Shown here piece by piece: positions 40,301 to 52,590 of a stretch of DNA of 64,000 nt. Within the stretch, counting starts at the first letter, position 1. Each line of letters begins with the position of its first letter. The position numbers and the translations under genes are program-made. The notes beneath the pieces were generated by a model, which ran no database searches, was not told the origin of the DNA, and was given only the letters and a program-made list of their open reading frames with translations. Source of the DNA: Fimbriosthenelais zetlandica (lineage: Eukaryota); assembly GCA_977030845.1 (NCBI GenBank), contig OZ365109.1, forward strand, positions 52,824,001 to 52,888,000. Reading direction: 5' to 3'.

Positions 40301-43300
40301 CTTGGGTAGGGTGGAGGGTGCTGGAGGGCATGTCAAACTGAATGCTCAGTCAATTAAGTATCATTTCCAGCAATGTGTATGTCTAGGATATGTACCAGTG
40401 TCATCATAATATGTCAGCTATTATACTGACCTCAAATATCATATTATTCATGATAAATATCATGTGAGGTGGACTTAGAGGGCGAGGCCAAAGCTATTAC
40501 ATACATGTACTTCTCTGGCCAGACAGACATGGGATATCAACGACGAGTTCTCTTTGAACAGTCTGAGATAGAACATCAGGGAAAAGGATTTCACTGAACT
40601 AAATGGAAATGAGTTATACTTGTAAGTCTAAATGTTCAATGTTTAGTAGAGGACAAAATAATATTAAGCAAGGTGGAGAATGTATCAGGTAAACGGGAAA
40701 ATAAGAAATAAATAAAGGGCCATCAGCAGTGTTCGCGACGGTAAGAAAATACAATGGAATGAGAATAGCTTTCAATGTGCTATTTTGGTACACCGAACAT
40801 GACCTAAGAGCAGGATCACCAAACGTTCCGAGTCACTGTATAAGCAAAAATTAATCATGAAAAAAAGAGGAAAATCGGACGACTCTAAGAAGTTCATCAA
40901 TATTCTAGCAAAGGACAAGGGTCAGCGACCTTCATATCAGAACTTCAGACCTGGCAGTAGGGCCCTCTCACTAACACAGTATGGGTGGTGTTAGAAGACT
41001 CAGAGCATAAGGTAGGGACTATTCCTTGTAGCTCTGTGAGGGTGTGAAGTTATTCTGATCTCTGTGTGTGAGTGTGGAGATGATCTCTATGAGAGGAGTC
41101 TGGGTTAGCAGGATAAGGAGTCTATGATGGGAGTATTATCTCGGCTCGTTTGTCAGCTCTCCTCATGTAGAGGTGTTGATCCTGGGGCTAAAGAGATTCC
41201 GAGGTCAGAAGATGACGAGTCTGGCCAACGTGCACGGCATACCCAACACTCCATAGACGAGCTACAGGCTTCTAAAACAGGGCCTCCACTACCACGATGG
41301 TCAATCAAGATCTATATTAATCAGAGGGCGCCACTGGCAGTGTGAATGACGTCATTGATCCCCAGATGTATAGTTTTCTTGAAATAACTTGCTAAATATT
41401 CTATATTTTTATTTACCAAAATGAAGTTTTTTTGTTTATAAATCCGTATACATGTACACGATACTACTTTCAGCTTTTCTAAAGTGAACATTTTCTCGAT
41501 CGGACCACAGGGTTCACTAAACGAATTAATAGCTCGGGATTAGTATAGCTCGGGAGCCTCAACCCAGGACCTCAAAAGTATGGACAACCATGAGCACTGT
41601 CAAACTGTGTTCCGTGGGCAACTGCTTCCAATTGTGATATGGTGAGGTCCGCATAAGCTACTTTAACTTCTATCTTATTTACTATCGTACTAGTGGATGC
41701 CTCGTTTTATACCAGACACCCCTGCAGCCAAACAGCAGATGGTTTATACTACCTGTGATCATCTCTAGGTGCAGCATCTTAGTACCTTGGTTTTCACGTG
41801 TTGCTCTGTTTTTGTTGAAAGCAATAAACAGATGCAGTTCAGGTGCAAACCTTTGTACGCGTGTGAACCTATGAAAAAGCTCATGCATGTCAGAAATACT
41901 GATGCTGATGCAGTACAGATGCAAGACTACATGAACACAGGTGAGGCTATGAAAAAGCTTATGGATGTCAGAAAAACTATTTTTACGAATAGCATAAAGC
42001 AAGTATAGGTTTACATCCAGAGATCCATGCATGGACCATGTTTACGATTGTTTTTGTATGGGCCATGTTTCCCTGTCACAAAATGAATGGCATTAATGGG
42101 AATTTTTAATATTGTTTATGAATATAAGGTAGAAATGCTCACATCTTGCATTCATTATACAACATTCAAATGCTCCCCGAGGAAGTAACCCCGAGATTAA
42201 CACCAGATATATGTTGTCAACTGTGATATAAGCTAGTCAGGTCTGAAAAGACAGCACTATCAAGTGTGATCGATGAGTACAAAGAATAGCTCAACTCAAC
42301 GCTCCAATAAAAGATAAGATTGAGCCCTCCATGTAAAGGCTGTGGGTGGTTTTCTCCTTTGAAGACAATGATCAAATTTGCCAACTGAAATCTTAACCAC
42401 ACTATACTGTAATCAGTATGCAGTTTGAATGTAGTTTACATCGGAAAAATTGCGTAAAAATTCCACATGGTAGCCGCAAAATGCAATGTTTCTTGTGTTG
42501 CGAATTTTAGGGAATTGCAATTGCAATGTATGGAAAATAAATTTCAATTCAATTCAACTCTTAATGATGACTTCGATGCCACAGAAGTGTTCCAAAGTCT
42601 CGTCCTAATGTGTTGCAGATCGATTCAAAATATAGTACTAGATTTTATCTCTTCAAAACTCATTGAATACAGTTGTGGTTTATAGGTCAAGCCAAAGGGC
42701 AGATGGAGATGGTTTCATTCTGGATTAGAGGACCTCGAATAGTAGGTGGGTGAATAGAGGGAAGAGAGGAAGGAAAAGACTCAGGGTTGAAGTTGAAGGA
42801 AAACAGGTGCTGTAAAGGGCAGAACGTTTAAAGTAGGAGAGGGAGGGGGCTAGATGGAGAGAGGGAAGAGGGAGCAGAGGAAGAGAAAGGGGGTAGGGAG
42901 GAGAGAGGGATTTAGGGAGAGATGGGGGTAGAGAGTCCTAGAGAGGAAATGGATAGAAAGAAGGGGGTAGAGAGGAGAGAAAGCAGAGGAAAGGGGGCGG
43001 TATAGGTAGGGAGGAATTGGGGAAGATAGAGAATATAGGGATCGGGAGAATTTGGCTTAGAGAGGGGAGAGAGGAGGGAGTGGGGGTGGGGAGGAGGATG
43101 GTAACCGGTTAGGGTACACTCCATCCATCATCACTTCTAGGAAGAGGAAGGGGGAGCATGATGTGAGACAAGCAGACACACGGAGGCTGGTGAAAGCACC
43201 ACTTGTCTGCTGTCCGTGTTTCACAACATCCCACTACACCCAGTTAAAGAAATAGCCTCTCTACTTAAAGATGGTAATCCTAGAAGAAAAGCACTGACAT

Positions 43301-44542
43301 CTACATTCAAAACAAAAGCATTTATTTCCCCAAACTACCCAAGGGTCAGCTCGGAAAGGATCCAAAAGTAGTGATCATGAAGTTGGATCACAAGAAACGA
43401 GATGCCATGTCCTGCCTGAAATATTTACCCCAGATTTTCTGTATTAAAACACATTTTAAATGTATATTTTACCATTTCATTTCTATGTTTTATTCAATCA
43501 ATAATATTAGTCCCTGGCACTATGAGTCTACCTATATAACATAGTAAATTCCGTAGTACACTACACCCGATTACCCCAAGACCACACGAGTAACTGGCAC
43601 TCCACCAAACCATTTTTCTGGTTCACATATCTTATACTACTACACTATTCGCAAATAAAACATCTTCTAATGAAGAAAGGATGTTAAAATCTTTCCCCAC
43701 TTCAGAAGTTCTTTTTTCTTTCGACGGAGAAGTGTTAAAAAGAGCCAGCAAGCTTTCTTTCTAGGTCCTGATTTACTTCTTGGAGGGCATTTTCCCAGGA
43801 ATCTTGGCGAGTGTGGATGTAGCTGGGGGAATGTGGTCTCCATCCATTTCTAGGGCCTCTAAATACACACTTCATGTTTGTGCTTAACCCTGCACGGATC
43901 GATCAGCAATGCTTGTCTGGCAAGAAGATGCCACTCCCTCTCACTTTCCTCCTGAATCCAGCTTCAGGCTCAAGAATATCCAATTTACTTTTTTGTAATT
44001 TCCCTGGAGTGAATGTAATACCAAATATAGCCTACAGCAGGTCATTATTTATAGAAAACGAGGGTTGGCCCAATCATGGGGTTGTAGGACCCCCTTAATT
44101 TTGTTAAACCAACCAACTTCAATCAACCCATCCCACCCGGGCCTCTGGATTTGCCACTGCAAGTCTATCATGTTCCTTAGCAATTCTATTTAAAGAATGC
44201 ACCGATATGATTTAAAACCAAGTTCATAATCATAAATTTCAAGGAAGGAGCCCTGAGCTCTCCAGGGTGAATGGGTAAGTGGTCACTGGCTCCGTCTCGT
44301 CCCTACTAACACCATTACAGAACGCTGGTAATGTATCTAGCAGGAGGCCTATGATGAAGTGCAAGCAATATATGACTTTTGTAATAGATCAGCTTCTTTC
44401 CACTATACTTCTTGCCCCTCCGGCATGGTTGGGGTGTGGTCCTTCAGCCCTGGCTCAGGGCCACATCAAGGATCAAGGGTAGCTCAGCCCCACTCAACTG
44501 GGTCACGTCTTCTAGCCAGGGTATATAGGGGTGCTGCCAGGG

Positions 44543-44828
44543 TTGTTGCTATGGCGATAACCCTTCATCATGGATCCATCATTCACAGCTCAGCCTCACA
44601 GCTCATAGAGTATTGAACTTACAATATGAGCAACTTATCTCTATTATTATAACCCTGACTTTATCCATTTTCTTCTCATAAACCTGCATAAAAGGCTCAA
44701 TCCGTCCGTGGATTAAGAAAAGGCCTGGATTGTTGCTGAGGCGATAACCCTCCACCATGGAGCCATCATTTACAACTAAGACTTCCAACTCAGACTATTG
44801 ATCCTAAAATATGAGCAACTTATCTCTA
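44543..44828. repeat. Degenerate ~100-bp duplication offset by ~186 bp
   Basis: TTGTTGCT..GGCGATAACCCT.CA.CATGGA.CCATCATT at 44543 and 44730; identical AATATGAGCAACTTATCTCTA at 44623 and 44808. Confidence 0.85.
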
Positions 44829-47800
44829 ATTACTAGTTTTAATTTAGATTTACTCTTTATTAAACTTTCAAATTTTAAAATTAACTCTTCCTTGATACAC
44901 ACTGAATCTTTCCAGACAAATCTATGTTGATAAGCATACACAAACTACAAAGTTTATCTATTCTAATTGAAAATATTACCGAAAGTTTCATTGCTTTAGG
45001 AGTACTTTGTGCCAGCATTTCCTGCTTTGGTCGTCAGATTTTTGGGAAGCTGATTTAGCCACGGTCTGGATCTTGGAAGCACAGCTCTTATCTCTAAGCC
45101 AGCTTGTATAACAAGATAGTCCAGCTAAAGTGACATGAGTTCTGCTGATGGGGCCTCCAGGCTGGTACATTGGAGAATGAAGGCAGATTACTAAACTATC
45201 AGGGTATAGGTTCTAACACACCCCAGGGTGATGACCCTGGGGATTCTAAATGATCCAAAGCATGTCTGATAACAGCTCAATCGCTTGATGGCCAGGAGGA
45301 AATGTTCTATTTAATAGCAACATCAGCCCTGTCTGGTCTGCGTGACTAACTTCTACTTGCAGCACTGCATGAAAGAGTAAACTGCACGAAACTGCCAAAG
45401 AAGACTGCACTGAGAAATGTAGATGAAAGCAGTTGCCCAGTGTTTGGGTAAGAACAGAAATGGTCAGACTGCCAGGGTCCGCCCAATCAACGACCAAGCA
45501 CCTGGGCAACCACATTTGAGCTTCAGGTTTTCTGCGGGTAACAAAATTGCGAGGGAAAATAGATAACCATGTACCTGGGATAACCAAAGTATTGGTCCGG
45601 GATACCATTTTTAGATTATCATTGCCCAATGGTTTCAGCATTCTGAGGGCTGAATGATGGTACACAAACGAATATCTTAGTTTGTCCCAAGGGGCTCGGA
45701 CACTCGATCAGAAGACCATGTTCTACCAGAAAATGAAAGTACCCGAATACCCAGAACGGCCCCGACCGAGTTAAGATGGACACATTTGTAAACCAGGTTA
45801 TCTTTATTGCAGACAGTAGATTTGGGTGTTAACTGAGTTTGTAATGACATGATTAAAGCTTACTTTGGTTTCCTTGCTAAATGATGGCGGGTTAGGACAG
45901 CAGCATATTGTAATGTTGTAGGTCAAGTGGCTGTCAACTGGTAACATTCAAACCATGAGGGCTATAAGAGACCAGGGCCCACTAGTACAGTCACACACTG
46001 CTACAAATGCACTCACTAATCAGGAAATATTTTGTTAAAGGACATGTAAAATTGAGATTTTCTTGGCTGGACACCATAGGAAGATTCAAGAATGGAAGAA
46101 TATGTTCTATAAATAAGTAAGAGACACTAATGCCCATCAGTTCTGTAAAGAAATGGTGTCGCTTTAATAGGGATCTACTGTACTACAAAGTCTTAGCATT
46201 GGAGCTACAGCCCATTGTGTTACAAGTGAATATACAACAGAACGCCTGACAAGTGAATATGTGTCAAATACAACCGCAACACTGTGTCATAAATGGCAAT
46301 TTTTCTCTAACCATCGAGCATAATTCTGACTGATATGAGGAGGAAACAGCTTGAGGCCACAACTGAGGGGCAAATGGAAATAATGTGAAAATATGACCTG
46401 GCCTCATAATAGGGATGTGATTTTCCAGAAACGGAGACATCACTTTACTTAAAAAGGGGGTTGGCAGGGATGGCCATTGTTGTGCCTAACAGAGGGCATA
46501 TTGTTCATGAGGGATGAGAATTGTTCTTGTCAGAGCATCCTTTTCACAATGGATTCAGCTTAACATGGGGCTGGGTTTTGAGGGGTAATTTATGTCTTAT
46601 GTCAGAGGGTGTAAAACTTAACATGAAGCCACAATCAGTTGTGGTGCGCTTTCAGCCACATCCCCATCCAAATTTTGATTTTCTATTCAGGTTTTTAGTT
46701 GCAGCACCGTATGGTACAGACATCAACTATCACTGATCCAAAAAGTGTAATGAAATGGAGAGGAAATAGTTGATAAACTAAATTGAAATAGTAGATGCTA
46801 TTAGGAGGGGAGCAGTACACAAGGGAAAAAGACATAAAATATGCCATTGTGGGCAACTATATGAAAGTAAACATGATAGGGGCCAATAAAACAGGCCTAC
46901 AATAGGCCTACGTGTACGTATACTATGCATGTAGGCCTACATACTTTTACAGTACAGCCAACATTTTGAAGATGTTCTAGTATTAAAGCTGGTTAATATG
47001 GTACTCAATGGTATCCTGTCAACTGCAAAACGGCACCTAAAAACAAAATTTATTTCCATGTTGTTTTTTACACTTCACCATTCACTTCAGGATAAATATA
47101 TATGGGAACAAAAACCGAGATTTGGTACAGATGAAGTGAGTGTCCTTGACTATCCAATACTCGTGCCGCACACATCAGTGAGGAGGAGGAGGGGCTGGGA
47201 AGATGGAGCATTATTCAGAGCGTGTAGTTAGAGTTGGGTCAATGTGCTTCCCATTACAATGTTTTAGTGTTATCATTACATGAGACAACAGCTGCTTCCA
47301 CTAACACCAGTTGAGGCAGTACATTTCGTGCAAACATCATCATTCCACCTCCCAGATCATACACCAGCAATAAAATCTATTTCTGTATTTTTGAAGTCCA
47401 AAAATAAAATACAGACTGGCCTCATTTTCAATTTTAAAAATTGTATCAGATAATCAGTTCACAATAGTTATATCCATTGACTAGAGGTTGATCAAAGGAT
47501 CGACAATGTGATCATGAAACAGAAATCCCAGAGAAAGGAACAGTCTAAGAAGGCAGAGAAAGACAAGGAAGAAGATCCACAAACATGTGTATTTAATACA
47601 AGCTTTCATGTTGAGCGATTTGCACCCCATAAATTTGACGTGGGCAGCAACACTAGTTTCACTTTTTCAACCACTTTTTTTCCTCCTTCTGATCCCTGCA
47701 TTGAAGGCATCTAAGCCTTGGGATCATATTACATACTTTTGGAACCCGGGCTAATATCTCCCTCCCAAACACCCCGCTGTGAATATCTCACCACGTGTTT

Positions 47801-50800
47801 TTAATCTCCGTCTTGACTTTTTTTATCCATAAACCACCCACCTTTTAACACCAATGATATTAGCCCATTAAAAGTGTCCATAAATTATGACAAATTGGAG
47901 GGAGAGCAAGTCCCCAGTCTGCCCTTTCACTCAAGCACAGAAGCTGGATCCATTGACACAAGTCAAAGGAACCACAGATGGCGAGATGCAAGTTATCACC
48001 AGCTTTACCAGAGGGAATGGATTAGTACTGGATACATTATGATTTATAGTCAGTTGATAGTGATGAACCAGGGGTTTTAACTTACCCTGGTGTCGTACAT
48101 AGAAAACAACCAATCATACAGACATTTTAAAAACTTCCCCCTTGGATATTTATCATCGATAAAATAGTCATAATTCTGGCAAAGCATATCATGCTGTTTC
48201 ATATATAACAGAAACACATAAATCAGAAGCCTGTGATATTGCGTTACAGCAGAGGACAAATAAAAATCACAGAGATCTATATACTTTCCATTAATATCAG
48301 GTATCTGTTCCCCATTCCACTCTACCAAAAAATAAACGGTGTCATAACTTATAGGGAAGTCATCTGCTTCCATAAAATCTGAGGTAGATTCATTATTGCT
48401 CGTGACGGGATAATTAATATAACATGTGTGAATAATTGGATAATTACAGCGTAGGATATAATTGATCAGATAGACAAAGTACTGCTCGTAATTGTAATTG
48501 CACGATCAGTTTCAGTCTTCTAGTTGAATGAATAATCATGAACAAGAAAATTAGATGGCAGGAAAATGGACATGAAGTCACATAAGAAAGGGATTTCGAC
48601 AGAACCCAAAAAATAGTTATTTTTTTCCGGTCATTTTGTACTTATGCGAGTTATCAGAAAAGATGTTTTTTTGTTTGGGTCAATTAAAGGTCGATCAGGG
48701 TTGGAAGTGCCTCTCCTATCTTATTAAAGGTGACGGCGCAGACGAAATTACGCCGACGACACAAGTGACTGTCAAATGCACAAAACAGCACCGAGTGGTG
48801 ACACATTCTTCATTCAATATGGTGTTATTAAAGGGAGTAAAAACTGCTGGGCACAGAATATTGCCACGGCTTTTCTCCAAAGTGTTCTTTGTTTATCAAT
48901 TATCTTAGACTTTTTATCTTTCGTATAGTAAAAGAGTTTACTGAGTGCCTCAGGGATATACACTAAATCTTAAATCGTTTTTATTGCACACTTGTAAACA
49001 TTGTATGATTATTATCAAAAGGTACACCACAGTAGTCTTTGAAGTTACTTCTTGGTAAGAAAATTTTTTACTATCCTAAGATCACTCATCATGAAGATTG
49101 ATCAAGAACAATAAGAAAAACACATGTGAAAGAATTGGTGTGTATGTAAAAAGGTAAAGGAACACTTTGAAGCTCCTTCCTGCCCTTCCTCTCTTATACT
49201 GATCTGAATTCTCAGGCGCCGGTTTATTTCCTTTGGGAGGCATTCATGAAGCAAACCGCGATTAAATCGAGCATAAAACGCCCACACAGGGTCACAAAAA
49301 CTGCTCCATCGCCAGGAGATGGCATTCCATCTGCTTATAAATATAGAAAGGGTAATGCTCCATTTGGATCAAACCTTTTTAACACTGCCAATAAAACATC
49401 TACTGATGGTCGTATAGGTCAATGGTTGGATGATCCCATGCATACCTTTCAGGGTAATTTTGTTAAAATGACTTTTACATCTATTTGCTTTTGATTTTTT
49501 AGCATATTAAACTTTTTTCATCTAAAAACATATGAATGCCTCAGGAAAGTCATCGAAGCTTTTTTTTAAAAAAAATCTCTATTGAAGGGAATTGGTCTTG
49601 AATGGGCAAGTATATAAATTAGAGTGCATTTTTTCCTTATGAATGAGGGAACAAAGTTCATAATTATCGGTCGGATCATGGGACCATATGTTCTCAAGTA
49701 TATTCCAGTCTGGAATTTAATACAGTGTTTTATTCAGCCTCTGTAAAACCGACCTAGATCTCTTGAGGTTTCATTTTTCACTTATAACCGTCCTCGCACC
49801 TTGCACTGCTTTTATACGGCCGGTATTTTTGTTTGGAATCAATAAACACCCATTGTTGTTCAATCTCTGGTACTTGATTTCCCCCACCTACACCATCTCC
49901 GCTCAGCTATTTCAATACACCATACATCCTGCCAAATTTAGCCTTCACCAAATACTTGTGAACCAGTAAAAGCCTGACAATATGGTGCAACACCCAGTTC
50001 CAACATCACACCATAGCATCTTTCTATAACACATAAAGATACAATTGCATATAGGGTGTTATAAATGGAAATACAGGGAGTTGTCAATGGGTTGTTGTTA
50101 TAAGTAAGAGTTAAAGATGCCACACGTGGCTCATGGCCAAGATAAAGCTGGCATGGGTGGGTGTCTGTGGAGCACTGATAGAAACTCATGGAGCCAGTAC
50201 CAATAGCCAGGTGTCTACCAAAGGACAGTTTCACTTGAGATCAATCAGAAATATTATAATGCATCCCATCACCATGGGCTCTATCAAATGAAACAAATAT
50301 ACAAATATGGTGAAAGTAGTGTCTATCAATTTAGTATGTACTGTATTCACCAACGTGACCTACTAGAGAAATTTTACAACAAATGTTGCTGGTTTCTGCA
50401 TACTAATAATACTATACGTACTTAGTATGATGCTACATTATTTCAGTGATTTTCCAAAACTTCTAAACACTAACAAAGCTCAATATAAAAGAAAGGCCTT
50501 ATTGGAGCAGGCCTACACTCTACACTCCCATTTAACCTCTCATTGAGGCGATCATATTTCATCCTACATCTCCCATCTTTCTCTGACATCACAAGTGGGT
50601 CCAGGGTAACCTCCTTCATCTTAGATACATGTAGTCCCCCACTTACAGATGCTAGCATATATCCATCAAGTTTTCTGGCACACCTTCTGCCTTGACCTAT
50701 AACATTCAGGGTTAGGTTCCCTTTGATATCAGGTCCTTCTGGCACTATTCACCTTTGGTTCATGTTTTTGGACAAAGAGATATCATATCTGTGAATAAAT

Positions 50801-52502
50801 TAACACAAAATGAATACCTCTGATATTTTTTTCATTGGTTCTGGTGTTGCACGTGCAAGACCTTGTTTGACAAATCATAAAATGCAACAAGAAAAAGTAC
50901 CACTACACTTCCTTACAAGGGAAATCCATAAGAGTTGACCTCGATAATTTCTCCTCTAATGTGCCATTCCTGCTTGCTATAACTAAGAATGGGTGTGTGT
51001 GAGTGCAAAAGTTTGTGTAAATTTCACACCTTTTTAACCTGGAGATTAGAAGGGCATGAGAATCATGCAGAGAATAGGAGATCATGTAATGTGAGCGGCA
51101 GGCCTCGCTATGAAGTGGTTGTAAGTCAATATCATGAAACATGAGCCCTACCTCTACTTCCCCGAGGTCTGGGATCAAGTGTATAACTACAATGTGCTTA
51201 TAAAAGCTGAATGTGATGGGTGTGAATGAGATGTGAGTGGGGAGCATTACCTCTATAGATTCAGGCCATGTATAAACCTACAAATACCACCGTCTTCAAT
51301 AGCCAGTTATTTTAAAACATTTTAGTTGGTTAAAGGAACACTAAAGAACATGTCAGAAGGCTTTCTGCCAAAAAAGCATCCAAACCCATTTTAACTATTA
51401 TTGTATGGACGGTCACATTTACACCTTGATGGGGATACATGGCCAGTTGCATAATGTACTTATTTAACAGAGAGACTACCTTTAAACGGACAAAATCAAT
51501 GGGTATAACGGATCTGTATCCATAGAGGGCCAGCTTTCCACACAGTGCAATGCCAGCCAATTGACCCAGAATTACCACCAGACAGCATCCTGGGCAGTAG
51601 GAGGCCATCGCCCTCCCTGCTCCTCCTTCAACCTTTCAGAGCCTTCCATTGAGCATTCTGGACTAAGGGGTTTAGGTTTGACCTGATGGAACCCCTAAGG
51701 TTAACCCTCAAACTGACTGATCACCCGTGGACGACTTGAGTCCCACTTGTCAGGCTTGTGTACACGGATGATGGCTGAAGAAGGGCTGCAACTTCAAACT
51801 TCTGAAGAAGGTAACTCTTCAAAAAGGTAAATAGTCACAACAGGGATTGAATTCTGCCTCAACGAAGCAAGCTAAGCAAAGGGAGCAAAGGTATAGTCTA
51901 GCAAGTTTTCTGAACCCTGGAATGATCCAAATATTCCAATATTTTGACATTATTCAGCCTTGATTTTAGGACACCATTGTAAGTACCATTGTTTGATACA
52001 TCCCACATTTCCCACCTTTCAAACAGCTGTGACGTCACAACCCTCCTTGAGGTCAAAACAATGTGAGGAGTCACATATTTCCCGTGTAAAGGGAGATCCA
52101 GAGAACTCAAACAGTGTCCATTTTGTCACTGTGAAAAAGAGGTCCAACTCAGGCATTTAGCAGGCCTGTCTTCAGAGAATAGATCGTAACCTGAGAAGGC
52201 ATTGCTTGCTATTGTTTCCCTATCACAGAGGGACACCGGATAGGGTTTGTGTTGCCATGACAACACTAGATCCCTTACTTATGGAGCTTGGCCAGTGACA
52301 GACGGATCAAAACAAGAGTCCGCGAATAGCGTTTATTCACGCTATCCCCCAAATTTACAATGAGGCCATTGAGGGCAATAGATGGCAACCATATGCTGAT
52401 GATGACTTCCAGAATGTACATCCCTGAGGCAGAGGCTGTGGTGGACAAGGGGAGGATTAGCTTACAATTATACATTGGTGCGGAGGCTTCTAGATTGATT
52501 CT

Positions 52503-52590
52503 TAATAGTGCAAGATCCAAAAACTTGTATAAGAATAGAAGAAGTTAGATCCAAATACTTGCTTCCTAATAGAACAAGATCCAAATATTC
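52503..52590. repeat. Three degenerate ~30-bp repeats
   Basis: AATAG...AGATCCAAA(A/T)A(C/T)T at 52503, 52533, 52567. Confidence 0.65.

Noticed and set aside
43155-43230. Hammerhead ribozyme or long hairpin
   Set aside because: Complementary blocks are in shuffled order and there is no CTGANGA core. Spot checks of CTGATGA sites elsewhere also lacked stem II plus GAAA.
44130-44149. MITE based on the terminus-like CTGGATTTGCCACTG
   Set aside because: No matching opposite terminus or TSD nearby.
45246-45665. 139-aa minus-strand ORF as a retroelement fragment
   Set aside because: No RT, integrase or endonuclease motifs seen in this ORF.
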